From Paraspadella gotoi (taxonomy: Eukaryota; Animalia; Chaetognatha), in NCBI GenBank assembly GCA_051294375.1, contig CM119263.1, positions 27,034,631 through 27,098,630 on the forward strand: a stretch of 64,000 bases of DNA, in the 5' to 3' direction. The position numbers were made by a program, and so were the translations under genes. This document shows, one piece after another, positions 37,243 through 49,731 of this stretch. The notes under the pieces are model-generated. The model was given only the letters and a program-made list of their open reading frames with translations. It was not told where the DNA came from and made no database searches. Position 1 is the first letter of the stretch. Each line of letters opens with the position of its first letter.

Positions 37243-40200
37243 ACAATTCTTCACCTTCACCTTACTTTTATTATTACTATTTTTCGTCTTCTCCAATGAG
37301 CTATGTGATTTAATAATAATAAAGGAGTAAAATAATTGATTGATTGAGTCAGTGATTGTTTGGTTGATTTTGTTATTGAATACAAGACGCCGGAATTTAA
37401 ATTTGAGTTGTTAATCCCCCAAAATATTCATCAATTCCATTCCGGGATTCGCTAATTTATTGTAAAATTTATCCATTGTTTAACCAGACACACCCGGTTC
37501 CACCCTCATATCGTCCTGCATCCGCACATTGATCTTCCCGCCAGGCGTCGCCACAAATCCGCCGCAGCAGCCGGCGAAGGCGGAGGTGGCCACCTTCTGA
37601 AGGATGGTCATATCCGCGGCGTCGCAAGCCGCGCCCGACGCCATGATACCGTAGATGGCGAACCGCATCTCTCTCTCTCTAATCCTCTCTCTCTCGGGCT
37701 CGGGCTCGCGGCTCGGTCTCGCTGTCGGCCTTCGCGGCTTTGTCATTGTCCTCGTTTTTTCCCAAAAACAATAAATAACACATCAATATAAGCAGGGATA
37801 TTAATTTATTTTTAATGAATCAGTGGATAAAAGTTATTAAATTTAATTCAAACTCCTTCATTCTCCCACCTCTTCCTCTTCCTACTTCTTTGCCTTCTCT
37901 ATCTCTGCTCTCTATTCGTCTTCCCACCTGTTCCTCACATCCCTCTCTATCTCTTGCAAACGGCTTTTGGTAAGTTTCCAAAGTTTTGAGCTCATCTGTT
38001 CGAAAAAAGAGAAAAGTGAGAATCGTTTGTGGCGGAGCCTGATCCATTGCGGGCAGCAAGACCCCTTGAGAAACGCCAAGGGTCCCGACGTCTTGGGGTG
38101 TTGAGAAAGAAGTGGAGCACGCCCGTCTGCCAGACGGGGGCGGTTCAACACTCTCGTCTTCATCAACGTCCAAGGTTGGCGACAGAATGGCGGCGGCCGT
38201 GGCCCGCCAAGGCAGGAGGAGGTTCAAGTGGGGTCGCCCAGTCGTCTTTTGAATCATGGGCACACCGAGGGAAACATCTTGAAGATATCGTAGAGGCCCA
38301 CTCTGGCGGAAGTTGGTAGATAAGAGAGTTATGTCAACCTTTGATTGGTTTTTTGTTCTTTTGTTTGTTTTTTTTGTTGTTGTTGTTTTTTTTATGTTTT
38401 TTTTCGGCTCTTTTTCATTTTCTTTTCTTTATTTTGTTGTTTGTCCCTGCATGTCTTTCTTTACTTACTTCCTACTATTTCTTTTTCTTTCTTTTTTTCT
38501 AGTTTTCCTTTCCTTTTTTTTCGTTTCTTTTTTATCTCCCTTTTTCTTTTTTCTATCTTTCTTTTTTCTTCTTTCTTTCTTGTTCTTTCTTTCTTTCTTT
38601 CTGTGCTTTCTTCTGTTTCTTTCCTTTTTTCTTCTTCCTCCTTCCCTCTCTCGCTCTGTCCCACAGTGACGACCACGGTGGCCCTCTGGACAGATGCAGA
38701 TGCGTGGCTCCGTCGCTAAAAAGTCTCCTTTGGGAAAAATTCCTTCTTGGTAAGATTGAATGAGTCCAGTCGAAAACGTGTTTGTAATCCGTCTTATAGA
38801 GCTTAGGGGAGGAATTTATTTAATAGATATAAATGGAACTATGATGAGGCGACTTACAACAGGTTCTCATCGTCTCTAAACCCTTCCCTCGTCTCACTTC
38901 TTTTCTCGGAGGCCGGTTTTAATCAACTACGGTCACTTGGCCCTAGCTTTGGGCTAATGACGTTAGCTGACCATGACGCGACACAGCAACAGGGAACAGA
39001 ATAAAGACTCTTAAAAGTACCAAGTTGGTCCGGGCTGATGAATTTAAAAAGCTGATGTCAGGAGAGAGCTCGTCTCATTCTTTTCTGCACTTCTCTTACA
39101 TTCGTCATCAATCTTTACACCTTCACCTTACTTTTAATTATTACTATTTGTCGTTTCTTCTCAATAGCTAATGTGATTTTAAATAATAACAAGGAGTAAA
39201 ATAATATGATTTGATTGAGTCATGATTGTTTGGTTTGATTCTTTTTTATTGAATACAAGACGTCCCGGAATTTAAATATTGAGAGTTGTTAATCCCCAAA
39301 ATATTCATCATTCATTCCGGATTCGGCTTAATTTATTGTAAATTTTATATTCCTCATTGGTTTTAACACAGACACACCCGGTTCCACCCTCATATCGTCC
39401 TGGCAATCCGCACATTGATCTGCCCGGCCAGGCGGGCTCCCGCGCACAAATGCCGCCGCAGCAGCGCGGCGAAGGCGGAGGTGGCCCACCTTCTGATAGG
39501 ATGTCATATCCGCGGTCGTGGCAACGCGCGCTCCGTAGTCGCATGATAACGCGTAGATGGCGAAGCCGCATGGTGGAGTAAGGTTTCCCTAGGGAGGTTA
39601 GAAGGGGGGATTGAGGTGGTTGCGGGCTGGGGTGGTGGGGTGGCGTGGTGGGTGGTGGTGGGGTGTGTTTAGATGGTAGTAGTGGGGTAGGCGAGTTTAA
39701 AACTTGAATAAAAATGTTAAGTAACGAAACATGATTAATGGTGATAACACTAATAGTTTCATTTTTTTTAAATTTATTTTGTTAGTAGTTTATTTTATTA
39801 TACTTATAATATTTTATATTATTCCTATTTTCTTTGCTTTATCTCAATTAATTTTTTACTTTTCATTTAAATCTATGTAGATGGCGCGATGGCGTCATCC
39901 AACGTTCCACCTAATTTTTATCGGAGGTTGTGGTTTCTACTTCACACGACAAGGTGGCAGGTGCACCCCACATGCACTGAACGAACACATAGGAGGCCGA
40001 GAGTCCGTAGTAGAGACCCCAAGAGGTCCATTCCTCTCGACGACCTCCGCTTTCCCAGCGCAACCATCCCCAGCTTGGTCGATCCCTGGCTGCGTCTGCA
40101 GTATGTACCTTGACCAGAACGAGCGGATGAGTGAGCAGGGCGCGCCATAGAACGCCAAGCCTGCCCAATCCACGCACTTGGCCACCTTGGCGAAAATGAG

Positions 40201-41250
40201 AGAGAACAAGGGCAGAGCAAAAGAGAAAATTGTATAAAGGTAATAATTAAGGTGGTAATCTAACAGTTTCTTAGACGATATGGTTTGATAATTTACTATT
40301 CGGGAATCAAATGGCATACCAATAGTCATTTATGATACAAATGGTGTGGGATGTCCATGGTGTTTTGTCGCTCACTTTATATAAAAGAAAGTTAGGGTCA
40401 AAAAAGATAAGCCTTTATAATCTTATCATCCGTGAGTGTGTTTTTTTTAAGCTTAACATCTGATCGGGTCTTAACATTTTGATAATTCTCATGAAAGGNN
40501 NNNNNNNNNNNNNNNNNNNNNNNCATAAAGGACTCGCCTAAATAGTTCGAATAAACAGTTTTTCGTCTAAAAAAAAACAGAAATGACTGACCCTTGGTCG
40601 CCCATCTCCGTCGCTCAAGCTTAGACTCCAGAATCCAGTGATGGAAAGATCCATGACGTCAACTCCCTCGTCAACCGACGAACACCTCCGACTCGCGACT
40701 CAAATATTTTCCTTTTGATTTTCTCTTCAAAATCGATCCAGCGTCGCCGCGCATCCTCGTCGATCTTCGGCCTTCCAATCCGTTGGAATCCGCTTGGAAA
40801 GTTGAACGGAAAGGCGGCGTTCTAAGGACATTTTGTTTTGGCGGGAAAATTTTTGAGGGGGAAAATAAAACAATTAATGGGTAAAACTGGCGATTAGGAA
40901 TTATTGTGGGATGGGTGAGGACCATGCGTCAAAAATAAAATTTGAGATTATATTTATTATGGTTTATTCTTAATAAAAAAAAATATAACCTGTCTTTAGC
41001 TTCTTCTTGAATAGCCGAATTCTTTCTTCTGTTATTAACTTTCTCTAAGTTTTATAAATGTGATTAAAATTGTCCTAATATAAAATCAATAATAAATAAC
41101 ATTTTTTAACTCTCGAGAATCGCCCGCGCTACTTTAAAAATTTTGAAACGAACGTTGAAAGTTTAAATTCCATTTCTGGAATTCCCCTTCCCCTCAATTA
41201 AATCGGCCATTTCAGATCTGGAATTAAGTGGCACGGGGAAAGAGGAGAGA

Positions 41251-41287
<37 letters not shown>

Positions 41288-44200
41288 CTCTCTCTCTAAT
41301 CCTCTCTCTCTCGGGCTCGGGCTCGCGGCTCGGTCTCGCTGTCGGCCTTCGCGGCTTTGTCATTGTCCTCGTTTTTTCCCAAAAACAATAAATAACACAT
41401 CAATATAAGCAGGGATATTAATTTATTTTTAATGAATCAGTGGATAAAAGTTATTAAATTTAATTCAAACTCCTTCATTCTCCCACCTCTTCCTCTTCCT
41501 ACTTCTTTGCCTTCTCTATCTCTGCTCTCTATTCGTCTTCCCACCTGTTCCTCACATCCCTCTCTATCTCTTGCAAACGGCTTTTGGTAAGTTTCCAAAG
41601 TTTTGAGCTCATCTGTTCGAAAAAAGAGAAAAGTGAGAATCGTTTGTGGCGGAGCCTGATCCATTGCGGGCAGCAAGACCCCTTGAGAAACGCCAAGGGT
41701 CCCGACGTCTTGGGGTGTTGAGAAAGAAGTGGAGCACGCCCGTCTGCCAGACGGGGGCGGTTCAACACTCTCGTCTTCATCAACGTCCAAGGTTGGCGAC
41801 AGAATGGCGGCGGCCGTGGCCCGCCAAGGCAGGAGGAGGTTCAAGTGGGGTCGCCCAGTCGTCTTTTGAATCATGGGCACACCGAGGGAAACATCTTGAA
41901 GATATCGTAGAGGCCCACTCTGGCGGAAGTTGGTAGATAAGAGAGTTATGTCAACCTTTGATTGGTTTTTTGTTCTTTTGTTTGTTTTTTTTGTTGTTGT
42001 TGTTTTTTTTATGTTTTTTTTCGGCTCTTTTTCATTTTCTTTTCTTTATTTTGTTGTTTGTCCCTGCATGTCTTTCTTTACTTACTTCCTACTATTTCTT
42101 TTTCTTTCTTTTTTTCTAGTTTTCCTTTCCTTTTTTTTCGTTTCTTTTTTATCTCCCTTTTTCTTTTTTCTATCTTTCTTTTTTCTTCTTTCTTTCTTGT
42201 TCTTTCTTTCTTTCTTTCTTTTTCTTCTGTTTTCTTATCTTTTTTCTTTTCTTCCTCCTTCCCCTCTCTCGCTCTGTCCCACAGTGATACGACGGTGGCC
42301 CCTGGACATGCAGATTCGTGGCTCCGCCTAAAAAAGTCCTCTTGGAATTCCTTCTTTGGTAAAGACGTTGATGAGTCCATCGAAAACGTGTTTGTAATCC
42401 GTCTTTGAGCTTAGGGGAAATTTATTTATACGATTATAAATGGAACATGATGAGGCGACTTACAACAGGTTCTCCTCTCTCTAAACCCTTCCTCTCTCCT
42501 CTTTCTCCGAGCCGGTTTAATCCACACGGTCACTTGCCCTAGCTTTGGCTAATGACTTTAAGACACTGACCGGACAGCAGCAACGGGAACGATAAGACTT
42601 AAGTAAAGTTGGTCCGGGCGATGATAAAAGCTGATCTCAGGAGAGAGCTCGTCTCATTCTTTCTACTTCTCTTACATCAGTCATCAATCTTCACCTTCAC
42701 CTTACTTTTATTATTACTATTTTCGTTTCTCGCAATGAGCTATGTGATTTAATAATAAAAGGAGTAAAATAATCTGATTGATCTGAGTCTGATTGTTTGG
42801 GAGAATGTAGATTCTTTTAATTGAATACAAGACGTCCGGAATTTAAATTTGAGTTGTTATCCCCCAAGATATTCATCAATTGCATTCACGGTTCGCTAAT
42901 TTTATTGTACAATTTTTCCATTGTTTAAGCCAGACAGCAACCCGGTTCCACCTCATATCGTCTGGGCACCGCACATTGAATCTGCCCAGCCCAGGCGTCG
43001 CCACAAATCCGCCGCAGCAGCGCGGCGAAGGCGGAGGTGGCCACCTTCTGAGGATGTCATGATCCGCGGCCGTCGCAACGCGCGCCCGACCGCGCATGAT
43101 ACCGTAGATGGCGAACCGCATGGTGGAGGTAGGTTCCCTAGGGAGGTAGAAGAGGCGGGATTGAGTGGTTTGGGGGTGGTGGTGGTGGAGTGGTGGAGAT
43201 GGTAGAGTGGGGTAGGCAGTTTAACGAATTAAAATGTTAAGACGAACATGATTAATTGATAAACTAAAGTTTCATTTTTTTTAAATTTATTTTAGTAGTT
43301 ATTTATTATATTATAATATTTATATTATTATATTTTTCCCTTTGCTTTATCTCAATTAATTTTTTACTTTTCATTTAAATCTATGTAGAGTGGCGCGATT
43401 GGCGTCATCCAACGTTCGACTAATTTTTATCGGAGGTTGTGGTTTCTACTTCATCGAAACAAGGTGGCAGGTGCACCCCACATGCACCTGACGAACACAT
43501 AGGAGGCCGAGAGGTCCGTAGTAGAGACCGCCAAGGTCCATTCCTCTTCGACGGACCCCGCTTTCACCAGCGCCCACCATCCCCAGCTTGGTCGGATCCT
43601 GCTGCGTCTGCAGATGTACCTTGACCAGAATCGAGCCGGATGAGGAGCAGGCCGCCATAGACGCGCAAGCCTCCAACACGCATTGGCCACCTTGGCGAAA
43701 CATGAGAGAGAAACAAGGGCAGAGCAAAGAGAAAATTGTATAAAGGTGAATAATTAAGGTGGTCAATCTAACAGTTTCTTAGACATATGGTTGTAATTTA
43801 CTATTTCCGGAATCAAATGGCAATACCAACATCATTTATGATACAATGGTGTGGATGTTCCATTGGTGTTTTGTCGCTCACTTTATATAAAAAAAAGTTA
43901 GGGTCAAAAAAGATAAGCCTTATTAATCATTATCATCCGTGACGTGTGTTTTTTTTTAAGCTTAACATCTGACTCGGGTCTTAACATTTATGATAATTCT
44001 CATAAAGGCTCGCCTAAATAGTTCGAATAAACAGTTTTTTTGTCTAAAAAAAACAGAAATGACTGACCCTTGGTCGCCCATCTCCGTGCTCAAAGCTTAG
44101 ACTCCAGAATCCAGTGATGGAAGATCCATGACGTCACTCCCTCGTCAGACCGACGAACACCTCCGACTCGCGACTCAAATATTTTCCCTTTTGATTTTCT

Positions 44201-44728
44201 CTTTCAAAAGCGATCCCAGCGTCGCCGCGCATCCTCGTCGATCTTCGGCCTTCCAATCCGTTGGAATCCGCTTGGAAAGTTGTGAACGGAAAGGCGGCGT
44301 TCTAAGGACATTTTGTTTTGGCGGGAAAATTTTTGAGGGGAAAATAAAACAATTAATGGGTAAAATGGCGATTAGGAATTATTGTGGGATGGTGTGAGGA
44401 CCATGCGTCAAAAATAAAATTTGAGATATATTTATTATGGTTTATTCTTAATAAAAAAATAAAATATAACCGTCTTTAGCTTCTTCTTGAATAGCCGAAT
44501 TCTTTCTTCTGTTATTAACTTTCTCTAAGTTTTATAATGTGATTAAAATTGTCCTAATATATAAATTCAATAATAAATAACATTTTTTTAACTCTCGAGA
44601 AATCGCCGCGCCTACTTTAAAATTTTGAAACGACGTTGAAAGTTTAATTCCATTTCTGAATTCCCCTTCCCCTCAATATAATGGCCATTTCAGATCTGGA
44701 ATTAAGTGGCACGGGGAAAGAGGAGAGA

Positions 44729-44783
<55 letters not shown>

Positions 44784-44823
44784 AGAGAGGGAGAGAGAGA
44801 GAGAGAGTGAGAGATGAGAGCGA
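37243..44823 (-). other. Noisy repeated copies of the dicarboxylate-carrier locus (two near-full copies plus a partial one); probable assembly artefact
   Basis: Introns and flanks are duplicated along with the exons, with insertion-biased indels. About 37670-38600 appears identical, including its frameshifts, to about 41285-42220. The block is bounded by N gaps and junctions fall in (CT)n tracts. Confidence 0.8.
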
Positions 44824-44929
44824 NNNNNNNNNNNNNNNNNNNNNNNNNCAGAGAAGAGAGATGAGACAGAGATGATGACCGAGAAATATGAGTGGAGAAG
44901 AGATAAGAGAGAGAAGAGAAAGAGACGAG

Positions 44930-46430
44930 AGGAGAGAGGGAGCGATTCGTTATCGGGCGTTTATCCTTCTGGCGAATTCGTCTGCGGGGAGCGGAACCAT
45001 TTCCCGTCTCATACAACTCGTTTGATTTCCATTTATGCGCTTTAAGAGTGAGTAATATTCTCATGAATCCTTTCGAATTGCGTCACCGGCGCCCATCGAC
45101 CGGCGCTTCTCTCTCCCCCCCCATCGCCCCATTTTGATCTCTATCACGGCGCGCTCCTTATTCCTTCCAGGGAGGGAGGGGAGGTCGACGGTTAAGAGTG
45201 GAGACGATATCGCCCGAGTTAAGAAAGAAAAACTCGTCAATGTCAATACAGTATGTACATTGTACAAATATATGTTATTTACATCTATATATAACAACTT
45301 ATATTTATATAAATGAATGATAAATAACCTTGGTTTGCACAACAATTTAAATCCGTGAGAAGAAAAGTTGGACGAACCATTATTATATTAAGGTTAAAAT
45401 AGGATTTGTTCTTTTTCTATTCTCTGCTCTAATAGGAAATCTTTTCGATAATCGCGCTAATCGCCGCTTCCCCTGTCCCCTAATTCGTCTTCTTCCCCTC
45501 TCCCCTCCTCCTCCTCCTCTCCAACGTCACTCGTTCCTTCGCTTCTTCGCTTTCAGTTTGAGATTCACGCTCGATTGCCGCACGTTTCCGGAGCCGAAGC
45601 CGCAGCCCGAACAACCGCAGTCGGAAGCCGGCGGCCACCGCGGCGCGACGCCTAGCGGCCGCGATCGCGCATTTGCGTGCGCGGAGAGAGAGGGAGCGAT
45701 TCGTTATCGGGCGTTTATCCCTTCTGGCGAATTCGTCTGCGGGGAGCGGAACCCATTTCCCGTCTCATTACAACTCGTTTGATTTCCATTTATGCGCTTA
45801 AGAGTGATAATATTCTCATGAATCCTTCGAATTGCGTCACCGCCCCTCGACCGGCGCTTCTCTCTCCCCCCCCCATCGCCCCCATTTTGATCTCTATCAC
45901 GGCGCGCTCCTTATTCCTTCCCAGGGAGGGAGGGGAGGTCGACGGTTAAGAGTGGAGACGATATCGCCCGAGTTAAGAAAGAAAACCGTCAATGTCAATA
46001 CAGTATGTACATTGTACAAATATATGTTATTTACATCTATATTATAACAACTTATATTTATTAAATGAATGATAAATACCTTGGTTTGCACAACAATTAA
46101 ATCCGTGAGAGAAAAGTTGGACGAACCATTAATTATATTTAAGTTAAAAGAGGATTTGTTCTTTTTCTATTTCTGCTCTAATAGGAAATCTTTTTCGATA
46201 ATCGCGCTAATCGCCGCTTCCCCTGTCCCCTATTCGTCTTCTTCCCCCTCTTCCTCCTCCTCCTCCTCCAACGTCACTCGTTCGCTTCTTCGCTTTCAGT
46301 TTCGAGATTCACGCTCGATTGCCGCACGTTTCCGGAGCCGGAAGCCCGCAGCCCGAAGCCGCAGTCGAGAGCCGCGGCCAGCGCGCGACGCTAGCGGCCG
46401 CGATCGCCGCATTTTCTGCGCCGTCGTAAT
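44930..46430. repeat. Tandem duplication of about 750 bp (44930-45680 vs 45685-46430) differing by scattered single-base indels
   Basis: Direct comparison; lies next to the 44824 gap and is likely a gap-fill duplication. Confidence 0.8.
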
Positions 46431-46450
46431 CACTTTCCTGGCGTGCGCCA

Positions 46451-46513
<63 letters not shown>

Positions 46514-47139
46514 GCCACGTGCGCGCGCCGCGGAAAAAGATTCGCTGCAACACGTGGGGTCTTAATGTCTTTCCGACGCGGCGCGCGACGACGGCCGGCG
46601 AATCGCGCGAAATTGAGGGGGGGGGGGAACGGAATCTTTCCCCTCTTGTCTCGTAACGCCGGCTGCGGATCTTGAAAAGATTGACCAATCAGAAACGAGA
46701 GACTTCGGATAATTGACCAATAGTTGCCAGGTAGCGGCCGCTTGGCCGTCGAAAACGATATTGAAAGGACAAATCGCCGCAGAGAAATTCGTAAACGTGA
46801 GGGGATGATGTCGTTTGAGCGAAAAGTCTCGACCTGTCTCCGTGGCTGCTCTTGGTTAAGAGCGTAGGAGGCGTGGTCAGTTGTTATTTGCGCGTTCCAG
46901 GGTAATTCGATCGTAATTTTCAAGGGGGGATGCATATGTAAAATTCTAGTGAAAGGTAAGAAGAGGAATTGTTGTTGTCGTTAAAGTGCATAATTTTTTT
47001 AAAGTAATCATTTAATTCTACTACTTACTACACGACAGCAACCACTACAACAACAACTACAGACAACAAGGGATTAAACGAAGAGAGAGAAGAGAGAGTA
47101 GAGAGAGATGAGAGGAGAGAGATAGATAGATAGATTAGA

Positions 47140-47251
<112 letters not shown>

Positions 47252-47269
47252 ATGTATGTATGTATTGAA

Positions 47270-48790
47270 TGTATAAAACAGATACGGCCTTGGGGCACGC
47301 CTAAATGGCGGCCTATACAGCCTTTTAAGTAAAGTACAGTTTTAAATTATGGATGTTTAAAATACAATTCAAGATTTTGAAAATAACTTTTCAAACAAAA
47401 AAACGAATAACTTTCAAAACCAAAAAACGATAAAATTGGTAATAGATGAATGCAAAAAAATAAAAAGTTAAAAAGAAGAATGTGTTAGTGGCAATAACAA
47501 CCATAAAACTCTATAACAGCATTGGTTTGAACTTCTTATGCTTCCGTCTCTAGCAAAATGTTGAGTGGAGATTTGTGAGATTTGGGATTTTTTTAGATCT
47601 AGTTCGTTCTAAAATTGGTTTGAGAGGAATTGTTTTTCACAAATATCCTTTAATCTTTTTTTACGCTTTTGAAATAATTAAGACTGTTATTTTCAAAGTA
47701 GGTATAGCCTGCAGCGTCATAGACTAGTTTTGGCTGATGTGTTGGATTTGGAGTCGTAAAAGGTTCTGAGAGGCACGCAAAATGGAGCTTTGCAACTTTG
47801 TTGTGGAACTTGATAGTGCCTGACATGGTGAGCCAGACATGCTCGAGTAGTCAAATATTGAAGAACAGAGACTATTGTACGCACCTGAAACACGGTTTTG
47901 AAATTGTGCTTTTTTTATTTTTGACAAGTTTATTGATTTGTCAAAAATATTTTTGTTTTAGCTTTGTCCACAAGCTGGTGCGAGTAAACTGTTGTCCAAT
48001 TAGTTTCTCATCCAGAAGTCATTCCTAGTAGAGTAGAAGTTCTTTACGTAGTTGACTATTTTTTCATCTCTTAAGTAGAGTCAAATTTCTCTTTTTGGTG
48101 TCATTGGGCTTGCTGAAAATAGTTGTGCGGACCTGAGTTTGGCCCGGAGAAAGCTGGAGTTGCCATGTTTCGCACCACGTGAATGAATTTTTATGAAGAA
48201 GCAGGACTGTAGTTTACTTTGAGCTCTTTTTATTGTTTTTCCTTTTGCCCAAAACTGAGGTATCATTGCATATTTTGGCACCCTTGCTGATTAACCGTGT
48301 TGCGTTGGTAAGGTCATCTACATAGAATGTAAAGAGGTAAGGGCTTATTATGGCCGCCTCTAGTTGGTGGCTCCTTTCTGCCAAAATACCGTTCTTCTGA
48401 ACTGAGATCCCCTTCAGTGCATTCATTTTCTCGTTTTTTAGATATTGAAAGACGATTTCTCAACAGATATTTCGGTGATATCCGCAGCATTTGAACATTT
48501 AGTATTATAGGCCGTTCGCTCCACATTGAATTGAATGCCAACTGAGAAAATCTGGGCTAGCAGCCACTGTACCTTTCTTTCTCTGAGCTTGAGCTTAATA
48601 TCTTCAAACAAGTCTGACCACGTTTTTCTATGAGCACCTCTTCCTTTAATATAGGGCAGATTGAAGTGGGTCCATCGATTGCAGTTATTTTAGTTTGATT
48701 AACCTAAACTCAATTTTTATACATCTTTCTAGAGTTTCCAACAACTGAAATTTAAACTTATTGGTCTGATAACTTTTTAACATCATGTTG
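47270..48790 (-). mobile_element. Decayed, 5'-truncated non-LTR retrotransposon (LINE reverse transcriptase fragment)
   Basis: AFNSMWSE (cf. AFDxVW) and AIISPYLFTFYVDDL (cf. GSxLSPxLFxxYxxDL) lie in shifted frames. A simple-repeat (TACA)n tail is at about 47252-47265. Confidence 0.75.
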
Positions 48791-49157
48791 GATCCTTCCC
48801 CGACTTATGAAGCAGAGAGAGAGAGAGAGAGAGAGAGAGCGCAAAGATCTTCTCTGCTTAACTTTCAGGGGAGAGAAGAGAGGGGGGGAAAATCAGGACG
48901 ATGGAATTAAGGGAATAATAAAAGGATGAAAAGCGGAGAAAGACGAAACAGAGATTGAGGGATCGATCGATATTTTTTTTCCCATTTGTCCCTCGGAAAT
49001 GGGAATGTTGTCGTTGTTGTCGTCGTCTGCATTCTCTTCACGAACAAGGCGATAGTCGTGAGAAAATTAAAGGGTTAAGAAGTCATCGATATAAAAACAT
49101 CTAGGGAATAGGGAGATGGTGGTCATCTTCATTTACGTACGTATAATAATAATACTA

Positions 49158-49205
<48 letters not shown>

Positions 49206-49731
49206 TATTATTATTTAGTTATCACTGATTTAGCTGTAGAAGGCTGAGAATAAAACAGTTTCGATTTCTATTTTTATATTTAGATAAAAATAAATAATAC
49301 AAACACATTGTTTTTTCAGTAAGAGCAAAGAAGAATCGAACCTTTTTTTTTAGATTTCTTCTTTCGCTTTTCTCCTTTTTTCCTCTTTTTTTACCAGACG
49401 CCTTTTTCGTCGCGACGTCGTTTGCGGTGCCGCTATCACGGTCGTCGTCGTCGTCACCGTCGTCGTCGTCGCCGCGCCCCGTTTAAAAAGCCGCGCGAAC
49501 TTTTCCCCGTCTTCCGTCTCACGCTTTTTCTTCCCTCGCTCGCGGGACCGCGACTAAATCTAGAAGCTGGAAACGTTCAGTCGGTTATCAGTTTGTCAAA
49601 ACTATATCAGCGCCATAAAGACATAATTTTTATTTTGGATTGCATATAACCTGATCGATTTTCATCTCGGCACCTTACGTTATCGGTTATCCTCTTTCGT
49701 CGCCGAAAAGGGCACCGCTCGCCGAGTTGCC

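Noticed and set aside
37820-43766. Genuine SLC25A10 paralogues or pseudogenes
   Set aside because: Shared identical indels, duplicated flanks and adjacent N gaps point to assembly duplication.
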